Shown here: positions 50,201 through 62,400 of the stretch, piece after piece | Numbering within the stretch: the stretch's first letter is position 1 | How the letters are laid out: each line of letters opens with the position of its first letter | Translations under genes and position numbers: made by a program | NCBI GenBank assembly: GCA_030704615.1 | Contig: CM060732.1 | Coordinates: 26,474,001 to 26,538,000 of the forward strand | Reading direction: 5' to 3' | Source: Takakia lepidozioides | Taxonomy: Eukaryota > Plantae > Bryophyta | DNA length: 64,000 nt | Notes under the pieces: model-generated | Told to the model about the DNA's origin: nothing | What the model saw: the letters and a program-made list of their open reading frames with translations, nothing else | Databases searched by the model: none

Positions 50201-53200
50201 CTGGTGCCATTAGCATCTGTAAGTTGTCTGACTGTGGTGATGTTAAATTGCATAAAGAATTTTAGAGTGGTTTGTTTATAAGGTATGTTGTCTAGGTTGA
50301 AGAGATGAATTTGTGGGCTTGTGTCCCAAGCATTTTCTAGGGATGTGTAATGAAGTTGGATTGTGGGCATAGTAGTGTCCAGAGTAATGTGCATATGTTT
50401 GAGTATGAAGAGGGTCCTGGTGATAGGGGAGTGGGTGCATGCAATGGGGTTGATAGCCAGTAAATTTGCTAAGCCACCAAATTTCGAGGCGACATGCTTA
50501 AGGAGTCCTTGATAAATATTCCCCAGTTTACCAATATCGTTTAGAGCTTCCTGCAGCTGCGTTCCCAACGTTCTAGCGTAAGCCTCAGCTAAAGTTGTAG
50601 TACCGATACCATAGAGGCTCCTGGGTAACTGCACTAGTGCATTGGGGGTGCTATTTGGGAGTCCATATATTTGTTTCGATAAGCGTATAATGATTCTATC
50701 CAGTGCGTTTATGTCCGGGATAGAGAATGGTGCTGCATGAAAAGGATATTCTATAGAAGTTCTGAGTACTGTGTCGAGAATAAATAATTTCTGGCGCATT
50801 GTGGCTGGCGAGTTCAATAAAGCAGATGCTTGTGAGATGAGTTTTTTCTGGGTTATGTCTTTTTGAGCACTCCACTTAAGAGATGGTGTCAATTGTATAC
50901 CCAAATATGTGTATGGGTCGTCTTGGTCCAAATATGGGAAGGGTTGGGTATTATATAGCACCGTGTTATTTAGTATTCTTGAGTGGGCTTGTGTGTTGTG
51001 TTTGGTATGATGGCTGATCGCCGTGATAGCACATTTATGTAAACTTAGTTCCATTGCTGCCCATTTATTGAATCTTTCTAGTTTTTTCACTTGTCGATTG
51101 AGATGACTGGATTTGTTGGATAGCAATACAAGATCATCTGCATAGGCAGCTGCTGGGAGACGTAATGTATTGGTATCCTATGTTACCTCGAGCGAGCTAG
51201 CGAAGTAGGGGTTCTAGAAAGACAATAAAAAAATATGGGCTAAATGTGTCCCCTTGTATGGTACCTCTATGAATTGGTATAGGTGATGTATTGCCAAATG
51301 AAGGCCCGGAGTATGTGGTGGTGGCTTCAGTATAAATATTGCCAATGAGCATGACTGCATCTTGCGGGTATCCTAGATCAGTCATAACGGCTAGTAGACG
51401 CGCATGGTCAATTGAGCCAAATGCATTTTTAAAGTCAATGTATAGCAAAAATATGTCTTGTTGAGTAAAACGTGCATCTTCTAAGGCCGAAATAATGAGT
51501 TGGATTTGCCGGTTTGTGCTTCTGGCAATTCGAAATCCCTCTTGCGAGTCACTAAGAATATGATGTTGTTCTCTGAAGGATGTGAGTGGGTGGTCAACGT
51601 GCTAGTAAATAGCTTGTAAAGGGTGTTAGTAAGAGCTATAGGTCTGTAGTTCTCTAATTGGGTAGGGTCATCTTTTTTGTAAATTAGTATTGTACGACTG
51701 TTTTTCCAGCCTTTGGGAATTCTATGGAGCTGATAGCACATCACAAAGAAGCGATGGATCAATCGAAGTGTGGGTCCAATGCCTTGAGTATTTCATTAGG
51801 TATGTTGTCTGGGCCTGGTGCTTTGGAGTTGGAGAGAGATTTGAGGCATGAATGGTAGACCTCTAGAGTGAGGTAAGTGCTTAGGTCGAGTTGTAAGGGT
51901 CCCCTTTGCTTGAGTTTAAATCCGTCTATATCATGCCAAGGATAATGTCTGGCTTGGCATGCACAGTGTTGTATGTGATGCGATGGCTGGAAACAAGCAT
52001 GTGCTTGTGGTTGGTATGTGGTCTTAGCTTGCTGAAAGACAATTTTATTGATAAAGGCTGGAGAGGTGTGTAGAATTCCTGCGCTGTCACGTATTGCATC
52101 TAAAGGAAGAGAGGGGGAAGGGTTGAAGATTGATTTATGTATGAGGCGAGGTTTGTCTTGTAGCATCTTACAGTATGATTGAACAAATTTCTTCTGGTTG
52201 TCTTTGGATTGTTGTTTGGTGATATTATAAGCATTTTTCTTTGCATCTCGACCAATTCGGGAGAGAGATATGAGCCATGTATGTATATCTGCATCATTCT
52301 GGGGTATCGGGAAATCTGTGCTGCAAGCTACTATTGTGTTTAGGTCTATAATAGATGGGGTATTTCTCCATTGGGGGTCTCGTGGGTCAGAAGAGAGGAT
52401 TGTAATAGCTTTGCGGATTTTGTGGTGGATATTCAATTGTGCTTGCCATTTTCTCTGTTGTGTTATTGTCAAGTATCCTCCGTTTATTTTTTATCGTTCA
52501 GTTTGTACTGGAGCAGGGAACTTTGTGCATGTATGTAGCATGGATTCTGTAATTTGAGTGAATATTTGCTCTAGCTTGGAGCTTGCGTCTTCCCAAATTT
52601 GAAGGGTGGGGTTTGCTGAATATCGATCTAGTATTGTTTCAAAATCAGATATAACTGTACCGGAAATGGATCGAAACTTGGCTTGGAATGCCATAATAGA
52701 GGAGGGGGGAATAGGAGTGGGAATACGTGGCCTTGTGTCTAGCGAGGGGCCATTTTAGGACTGGACCTATAGGTACTATATGCGTGGGGATGCGGAGAAT
52801 AACTTGGTAATGGTCAGAGTTATATATGGGATCATACAGGATTGTACTGTACAGCTGTGTGGGATTATTTCTAGACATTTTGAGGTAGTACCCATCAATG
52901 AGGCTATGCAAGGTATAGTTTAGTCCTCCTTGCCTAAAGAAAGGTAAAAGTTGTCCATTCTATGTTTTTTGGAGAGGGAGGGAAGTGTACACCATCATGT
53001 AATCTGCCCAGCATAGATAGGTCTCTGTTGAAGTCACCTGCGAGGAGGATTGTGGATAAGGAGTGGAGTGGGTTGTTAGCAAAGCTCACAATTTGTTGTA
53101 GAATATCAGGGGTAAGGGCTATATCGTCCGGGTGTGAGGGCATATATAAATGAATGATAAGTAGTTTTGGATAAGGGCTGATGTGAATCTCAACAATTTG

Positions 53201-56200
53201 GAGGTGAGTTTTAAGGTGCGTGGGGATGCGTGCATTTGTAGTTGTTTCTTGTGAGTGCATGGATTTGTGTATACCAATGGCTAGGCCTCCACGAGTTGGC
53301 TGATATGGTAGTGAGCGTCGTCTATTATATTTTCCTGGCGATGGGGGGCTCCCATAGATGATGTGGTGGTCAAGTAGTATTCTGTTGATATATGTGTTGG
53401 GCGAGTGCGAGTTGAGTTTGGTTTCTTGTAGTAGAATAATATGGGGAGGGTTTGAGTTTTGAAGAATAAGTGAAAGGGTTGGCAAGCTGGAGGCAATGGA
53501 TCCCACATTCCACGTAAGGCATATTAAGGATTGGTCTATAAGGTTGTCTTTTGGGTTGTCTGGGGTATAAGAGAATGGCGGTGGTGTAGGTTGGTGTACA
53601 GTGGGCACTGCATTGTCACACTGTGATGTGTTGTCACATTGTGGCGTGTGTTTGGTCGTTTGGTAACCGGGTAGATATGTAAGGGTATTTAGCATGGCAG
53701 ATAAAATGTCATGCGAGATAAAAGGAAATGCTGCAGAAATATCCTGAATAGTAGGGTGGATTGTTGGAGGTAGAGATTTGATATATGTCGTAAGTAGCTG
53801 GTGTATATGACCCGGTGGGGCTTGAAGAAGGTGAAGGGAATCTTGAACAGAATTGAGGGGGTGCGGTTTGGCTTTGTACTGGGAGGAGTTATTTGGTAAC
53901 CCTTGGAGTTTTGTTAGCGTGGTTATTATTCGGGTCTCCAAGCTTTCGGATAACATGATATTACAAGATTTAGGCTTTGGAGATACACAAATAATGTATA
54001 CAAATAGTACATGATCTATAGAGTGGGATCGCAGTTTGTAGCTATTATGGGCAAGGATTGGGTATTCAGAGGTGGTTATACCGTATGGCGGTGCTTCTGG
54101 GGCATCCAGAGCCAAAACATAAGTGGCTTTGGGTAGATATGGACTGAAGAGGTTGTGTAGATGAATGTACTCCAATTTTAGAGAGATTGTGTTGAGATAA
54201 AAGTATAAAGTGTACCTAGCTTTTGCCGCCTTAGGGAGATGATTTACAACAGTTTGTATTGGATTATGTGTGTTCTGTTGGGTATGACGGCGGTTGTTTC
54301 GGGGGCCCGGGTTCTGGTGGATGTCCCCACATCGCATGAGCATTAGATGAAGTGCGCGTGTTTGTGGATGTGCATCCATTTTTGCAATTTGCGTCTAGCT
54401 TGTTTGGAGATTTTTGGGGCATAATACAGTCTGCCTGAGGGTATTTGTGGGATTTGTTGTGGCTTGTTGAATAAAAAATAAATATGTTTGTGGGGTGTTT
54501 TTCTTTGATGGTGATTGTATGTTTTCCTCGGTCTTCCCCAAATGCCATGTCTATGATGGAAATTATCGTAGGATGTTGCACCGATGGTGTAGTTAAAGGA
54601 TTGGCATGGCAATGAGGAGTGGGAGAGATGTGGGATTGGCTCAGATAGCAAGAGAGGTTGTGGAGGAATACTGGGGTGAGGAGCTAGTGTTTTTAGATTG
54701 TGAAGTGGATGTTCGTATACATGTGGAGGGCGATTACTAAAAAGCGTTGTAGAAGGGTTTCGATGTTATATTGATGGGTGTGTGGCTCTAGGTGAATGGA
54801 TATTTTTTGGCATTTGTGATACATTGAGGTCAATCCACTCAGTATGGTGTAGTTGGTGGAAGACGTAGTTATTAATAGTGTTGGGCGAGCAATGGTTTGC
54901 GTTAATTTTGACGGCCAAACGATATTTGGTGGTCTTATTCTAGAAGGGGCCCATTTTTGTAGAGATTGTGATTTTATGAGGGTATGTTCGTTAACCGTTG
55001 TAGGCCAAATGTCAGCTGGTCTGGGTTGCGTTAAGGACACATCAAGTTTCTGTTCCTGTAGCCAGCAGTTAAGCTTTTTGCGAGGTGAAGGATACTGCAG
55101 CAGCTTGCATTTGGGCCTGCAAGTTCGATAAAAGATTAAAATGCGGAAGACTTCTTTAGGGTTTGTGGAGTGAGGGGGGAGGTGTTTCTGTAGATGGCAT
55201 ATGGTTATGAGGGGCTAGTGTTGGTTAGTTATGAAAGTAGTTATTTCTAGGAATATTTGTGGCCTTGGTACTAGAAAGTCAGCTGGGCATTTCCATATAG
55301 GATGTTGGTTCAGTGTTCGATGTATATTTAGGGCCTTATCCTGAGTATGTGTGGTGTGTTTGAATTTGAGAGAGCATGGAATGGGACCTGTAGCGCGCGG
55401 GATGCCCAATTCACAGAGGCGATGTGTTTTTATATGGCTTTTACTTTGAAGGGAGTTGAGTGGCAAATGTTTTGTTTTGGCGGCTGTGGGACAGTAAGAA
55501 AATTTGGTTACATGCCTTGGTTCCGTCAATACAACATCTGTACAATAATAGGCGAGCTTGGATTTATGTTTTGGTATTGTGATTGCAGTGCTAATATTAT
55601 GAAGAGGGGGGAGTAATTTTAATTTGGGGTTCCGGTGGCAGCTACAATGGGGGCAGGAGACTCTTGGCTTGCAAAGCAGGATGTGGGTTTGTATTTTCAA
55701 CAGAAGGAATTTGTTGGGGAGGAGCAGTAGGAGAGTGTTGGCGGTTATATATCCTAATTCAGAATCATATTCAGTTCCTCTTACAGTCCGTGTTGACCTA
55801 TTTTTCCTACTTTGAAAAGGGCTGTTAACTGTTGGTAGTTGTTTGTTGTAGTCATAGCAGGGAGTGAGTATTTGGCATTCAGTCTGTTTTAATTGTGTAG
55901 TATATAGGTATGCGGCTGTTTTTGTAGTAGTTATTGGCATAGAGGATGGAGCAGTCTTTGTTGAGGTATGTGCTGTTCTGAGGGTTGTGTACGGGGGCCA
56001 GTAAATGGAGTTCCAGGAAGTAGATTGATTGTGCCAGATAATGGTAATGGGTGGCATATAGTTGTTCATGGATTTGCAGTTATTGCGATTTTGCAGAGCA
56101 TTGTGGGGGTAGGACGACAAGTCCAGAGTAGCAGAGGTGGGCCAGTAACAAGGTATCCAACATTGGGGTTTTATATTATGGTCAGTGGATGTAGCAAGCC

Positions 56201-56416
56201 GTACATATGATTTTTGAAGGGGCATGTGATTGTATCCAATTTGTTTTGTAGTGGAATTTTGGAATTGGAGTATCCATTTTTTGTATGGATAGGGGAATGG
56301 GGGGGCAAGCGGGGTTAGTACAGCGTGATGCATATCAGACAGAGAGGCTCCAGTAGCCGAGTAATGTTGTCCATGTGGCCAACCAGAGAGGTCGGGGGTG
56401 CTGTTATGGTATGAGA
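47261..56416 (-). mobile_element. Long (>9 kb) degenerate Dualen/RandI-like non-LTR retrotransposon: long N-terminal region, 2A-like motif, APE, RT, RNase H, CCHC, partial REL
   Basis: APE: LTWNVGS, LLQETKL, LAGDFN, SDH. RT: NYRPIAL, IDFKNAFGSI, IQGDTFSP, AYADDL, YLG. RNase H: IYTDGS, RAEL, FTDS, KVRSH..GNDIADHLA. Then CVLC..HLLLHC..RHN and FCHDR..KYDP. Ends at (TA)n; strong C/A bias on the coding strand up to 56416. Confidence 0.85.
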
Positions 56417-57481
56417 CACTACAACAGATGAGCGTTTTTATGACTTCACATATGACTATTTTTTCAGTCTTATATGCGTTCATGACTACATCACTCTGTA
56501 GTGAAAAAAACCCTGTCATAGCGACTAGTCTTTAGGACTGCGTTTTGCAAGTCATATCCGTGACTGCTTGCATGGCACCTGGAGTCCTGCTGCAGAGAGG
56601 GTTGCAGTCACAACTATATGACTAATATATGACTACATTGTCTGTTGAGCGCTGCCTACATGGAGAGGCTTCAGCAGGACACGTGCGCCACTGCGCAAGC
56701 GACACGTCATGCATTCGTCAGGGGATCATATGACTATATGTCTGCAAAGTGATGCCTACATGGAGAGGCGCTAGCGAGACACGTGTGCTATGGCAGATTT
56801 CACACGTGGTGACTACATGACTCGCTCATATGACTACAGGGATGTCTACATGGAGAGTTGTTAGCGGGACACCTGTTGCACTTGAGATGTGACATGTGGC
56901 ACACAGACAAAATATATGACTAGCATATATGACTACGGATCTTTACACGTGGTGAAAATATGGATAAAGAATGTCGTGTCATATACTGCCACGTGTTCTG
57001 GTTTGAGCAAGAGTGATGTCATGTGTCATCAAGATTGTTTTCCGAAATAGTTTATATTTTTAATGTTCATATTTTATTTTTTATTTTTAATTTAATATTT
57101 AAAGGAACAGGGAGATTGCAGCCTTGGATTTTTTTTTAATGGTATTATTATTTAAAATGAAAGTGAATTAAATGATTTAAAATCTTCATTACATGGTGAA
57201 ATTCCAACATGAAAACATAATGGATCCCTCCTGCATACTATCAACCACAAGGAGAATGAAAATAGTCAACTACAGGGCAATACAAGCCCTATAAATCACA
57301 TTACAAAAATCCAAATGAGACCAATGTCCCAATGGACACCTCAAAAGCCACAAGGTCAAAAAATCCATGCCTCAAAAGGCCCAGCCAAAAACAAGCAAGC
57401 CCACACATGGGCTGAATTGTTGTAGCTAGTATGTTCTAGTGCTATTAGAATCAAGAACTTTGTTAAACAGTGCAATACTGA

Positions 57482-60400
57482 CTATCCCTTCCGCAGCTCC
57501 ATAAGTTTCAGTAACTTTAGACTCCAAAGTGTTGTCTGGCCAACCACCTGCCCCAACTCGGTCTGTTTCCTAACACCATTCACATATGGTAGAGGGGTGT
57601 TACTGACACATGCCTCTTTGATGTACACACAGGCATAATCAAGGGGCACAGCAGGGTACCCGTAACCCACCACAGCACCTTGAAGAGCAATAATCAGCCC
57701 TACTCCACATTTCTTGCGTTTGGAGTTCACATCCAACAGCCGAACCTCGTCACCCACCCTAAACTGTGATCCCAACTCCACACAAAAAAGAACACGATGT
57801 GAAAACCCATGACATACACACGACTAGGACACTCAATATTTGCGAATTAAAGAGAGCCCCAAGGTTGGAAAAAATAAAACAAACAAGACAACGGTCTGGA
57901 CTTACTCCATTTGCAGTCTCCAGTGGTGGTGAGACCTCTTTTGGGGGGCTACTCGCCGGGTCGACACTCTTGCCCCTCGTCTGTACCGGCTTGTCGACAA
58001 TATCACCTTCGTTTGTCACAAGTTCCTGTGTCACAGACCAGAAAACAACCAAGAAAGCAATGAGCAAACATGAATAGTGAATAGAAACAAAATCCAAGTA
58101 TGAATCAAACAAAAAAAGCCAACATGAAAAGCTGCAAAGAAAACCTAGCATTAATCAAGCAACCGAGGAGAAGCATCCAGGAAAGCAATGCAATGAATGA
58201 ACCCACAAAATTGTAGCCTCTGGAGCACTGTCAAAATGTTTGTACCTTCACAGTAGCAGTGTTGTATGGTTGTTGTCCGAAAACAGGCTGAGACTCCAAA
58301 AACTTGGGAATACTGGCAGCTTTCGATGCCTTCCACAAGAAAGGCAACAACACCTCTATTAGATACTCATCAGTTGGTGAATCTGGTTGCACCTTCCATG
58401 GCTCTGGAAAAATCCCACTGAAGGGAGGATTGTTTGCCGCCTTTCTTGGTGTGTCGTCAACAAGAACAGTGTCCTCATAAGTCCATTCTGGCCAGTCTGC
58501 CCACACTGTAGACAAGTTCTTGAAATATAATGGCTTTGAATCAGACCCCTTACGGCATGGGAGGACTGGATCCTCGTCGCAGTGAAGGGCATCCCACTGG
58601 AAAACCAGGTTAGTGTGGGCTGCAAAAATATAGTCCACCATTGGGAAGAAGTTGCGAGCTTGGCAACAAGACCACACCGCCACCTCAAAGTGTTCAAAAC
58701 ACTTTTGCAAAAAGTCATAACAGCGTGGTCTCAAAACTACCATCTTCTTGCCATACATCTTCCCCACAAAACCTTTGGGAAGGGATGCAGGCCTATTAGC
58801 AGAATGAAAAGATTCACATAACAGACTATTTAAGTCCAGAATTAGTAAATGCTTCTTTGTTGGTCCAGGAAGTAAACTGACATTTGGCTTCAACATGTGA
58901 GCAGGAGAAATTAAAGCAACCTGCTTGTTTGTTTTGTCCCCGTCTGCATCTTCCTCCCCATTTAAACTCCCACATACCTGCATACCAGAATCCGGTGTGC
59001 CCGGCGGCTCTGTCACCATTGCCCCCTGGACTGCTACTGCCTTTGTACGTGGCAAGGGCTGAATTTCCACGTGTACCTCACAGCTGGCCTTCCCTGTATC
59101 CTGCTGCTGCTCGGTCAAATTCAAAAGATCATCAGTGACAGGAAGACATAAGGGCTTAGAGTGAGCACCAGTTACCGTCTGAAATTGGGATTCCAAACAT
59201 TTTGATACTGTCACAGCAGACGTATCTATCGTAGATGTCACTGGTCCTGCGCCTGGTAGATTAATCCCCAATCTGGTCACAATGGCTTTCTGGTACTCAA
59301 TCATACTCTGCATCTGTAATTTTAATTCTGCCATGTCACGTCCTTGTGATTCCACCAGTTTGTCCAAGCCATCCATCCTGCCAACTACTGTAGAATATGC
59401 GAGACTTCCCTCCTGCCAATCCATGAAAACTTGCCCAATGAATCAAACCAAAAAAACCTAGCATGAGCAACCATTGGAAAGAAAACCCAGGCCAAAAGCC
59501 GTGAAAAAAACCCTAGCAACCTATGATGCAGCAACCACTCTAGCAAACGTGGAAAACACACTTACCCGCCTGTCACTCCCAGCTGACAACCGTGACACTG
59601 AACCCTCTTGAATTTCATATAATGTAGGAGGGCACCCTGATAGTGTTTCCTACAAATTAATCCATGCCCAAACAAACCCATGCCACAAGTCAGTAAGCAA
59701 TGTGAGGGCTGACTATATACACATAGCAATTCAATGAGGAACAAAATACAGAGTCGTGATGATGCCACTTACCAAGCGTGCTTCCACCATTGCCTTCCCA
59801 CCACGGCCAGTCTTGGTAGGATTCAGAGTTGCACCATTTGCCTTCTTCATGTTGTCCGACACTTTGTGGAACACCTCTGTCTGCTAGTAACTTACAAGCT
59901 TGTTCCATACCTCGTCAGATACAGTAATGGGTTTCCCCTTACCACCCAACCACACAGTGTGTGCTTCATAACGCTGGCTCTTCATTATTCTGCCAATTGT
60001 TTGTTTTAGGTGGAAGTCTTTTAACTTGTGTGGCGTATATGAAAATAGCTTAGCCAGGTGATCTCTGATTTCGTATACAACTTCATCAGGTTGGTTGTTG
60101 ATGGCAAGAGAACAATCTAGCTTGCGATAAGCCTGTCCTTTAAGGACAGCGTGCCATACATTCCGGGTCTGACCATACGGGGCTCCTTTGAAGTTCGTCA
60201 AAATCACCGTGGGAGGAAGACCTGCAGCTATTCTCTCTTCCTTCACCTTGGCAGCTTCAATTTTGGCTGAACTATTAGCCCTCCTTAAAGCATTGGTTCT
60301 ATCATTCTTTGAAATGGCACCCTTCCCTCCTTCAAAGACCTCCGTGCGCTCAGGAGAATTCAAAGCAGGATCCTGCCAAGTAGGGACTGGTGGCCATGGC

Positions 60401-62075
60401 TGTTGGCCAGAAGGCCGAGGACCATACTGGCCATACTGTCCATAAGCAGGAGGATATTCCGGTAGCCTGCCACCCCCATAGCTATTAGGGGGTGGCAAAT
60501 ATGGTGGAGGAGGATACTGGCCATACTGCCCATATGGAGGAGCACCATATTGACCCTGACCATACTGAGTGCCAGACTGTGGGTACTGAGGCATACCATA
60601 ATAAGGTGGGGGTACTGGTGGCACAGAACCCACAATGATGGGAGAGTTAGGGCCACCTTCTGCGTTCTTGTGGGCGTCATCTCCATTGCTAGCAGCATGG
60701 ATCGTGGATCCAGTGCGCTTGTGCTGGCCCTGAAAAGAAATTCCCCCAGTACAATGTGGGTGATTACACATACATATAGGCAGCAAGCAGCAAATCCTTG
60801 AATTTAATATAACAAGCTGGAAGCACATATCATTTGTAAAGACAAGATTACCCAAAACTCAGTATGATCTTGGGCAGTAAATCTCCCAAATTTGATTGGC
60901 CCCAATGATGTCCTCCCAGTACATTTTCGAGCCCTCTTAGGTATGGGGTGTTCCTGAAATCCATAGTAAGAATTCAAATGGACAAACCTGATGGGTCCAT
61001 GAGAAGTATTCCTCCAAGTTTTACTGATATTCTGGGTGCATAAGTAACCCAAGTATCTCTATAAGTAGCCATTGTAGCTTAGTACCAGGACATTGGTTTC
61101 ATGGGGCAAAGAATTTGAACACACCTGAAGTCTACATTGGCTTGACATCATGCCTTTGGCACTTCAACTTGTCTAGTGGAAATCATTTGTGATTGTGCCT
61201 TTGCTGACCCCTGCATTGTCCAACTTCCCTGTCTTGACAGACATACCCTATCTCTTCATGATCTTACCATACCCTATCTCTTCGTGATTTGACCAAAAAC
61301 ATACATAATTTGAATCATGGTCATTGTGAAGAACTATAACTCACAGACGGAGAAGGTGTTTGTAGTGTAGTTGATGGGCGTTTTTGTCCTGCGACATGAG
61401 TATGGGCATGTTCTCCTCGGCTTGCCGTGGCATCCGCCGACGACGCACTCACCTCACACTGGCGTGGGAGGAGTGGATCGTCCTCATCATCCTCAGAAGA
61501 GCCCTCATGCAGAATCGTAGTCTTCATGGTCTTCAATCTGGCACTTTGCCTTGCAGGACCTTGATCCCTAGCTTTTTCCTTCGGAGCGCGTGGCTTGCGA
61601 GGGCGGTTCGCTCCCGCAAGCTTGCACAAACACCTCCATGACCTCCCTCTCAAACAATCACAAACAAATGCAAGCATACATACCCTAATACTCTTAAGCC
61701 TACGCTGAACCACAGCCGCACCCTACCAGGACGTAATGGCTGCCCACGAATGACGGCAGACATTTCCCGCCTAATGACACACCCTCCTCAAACCTAATCG
61801 TCACTCACTGCATGTTGTTTGCCTCTCTGTTTGCACAAGTCGCAACTACTCGTCCCCATTTGTGCTATGAAGCTTATGATCGCTGTAGGAAGGTTAGAGG
61901 ATAAGGCGAATCACAAGTTTAGTGGGTGGGTATCCAAAGTCAGGAACTAAACTCACCCATCTATCGACTGCTTGAACGTTGCTTCCACCTCCTTTATGGC
62001 AGCAATCCGGCGCTCTCGGAACTTCTCGTACTCAGTGAGAGGGACTGTCACTTCGAAGACCTTCCCCTTCACCAT
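57482..62075 (-). pseudogene. Spliced CACTA TnpA/ORF2-like gene with an embedded FCP1/NIF (HAD) phosphatase-like domain; at least one premature stop
   Basis: Exon 1 LTEYEKFRERRI; Ptta-like WNKLVSY*..KVSDNMK; exon ~58247-59412 with HLLILDLNSLL..RP..FL..FEVAVWS..FQWD..KNLSTVW..DTVLVDDTPRKA..NP; last exon PLDYACVYI..PLPY..ELGQVVGQTTLW (Tnp1/Transposase_23-like). Downstream junctions splice in phase 0. Confidence 0.7.
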
Positions 62076-62225
62076 GGACACTCAGAAACGATACTTATAG
62101 TATACTATAGATATAGAAATAGCACATTGGCAGCTGGTGCAAAACTAGAGACAATGCACTGTGCGTAGCATGCAAAGAGGGAAGGGGTGACGTTCAAAGC
62201 ATGTACAGTGCAGGTGGCGAACGGA

Positions 62226-62400
62226 TGCGTAGGCGTAGAATAGATGACCGTCTATGGCGAATGGAAGAAGCTTATGCCACAAGGAATGGGCATACAAAAA
62301 TGCTATGCAACTGCGATGAGTGTCATGGAGGAAAAGTACTGTTGTTGGAAACAGTGAGGAATCATTACATGATACACGGGAGGGATCCTCTTCTCCAACG
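62226..62400 (+). pseudogene. CACTA TnpD N-terminal transposase-associated domain fragment
   Basis: KMLCNCDECHGG...ETVRNHYMIHG matches the C.C..C...V..H...G pattern; the rest of TnpD is absent. Confidence 0.6.

Noticed and set aside
56497-56503. TGTAGTG as a CACTA right terminus
   Set aside because: It lies only 80 bp from the left terminus and subterminal repeats continue past it.
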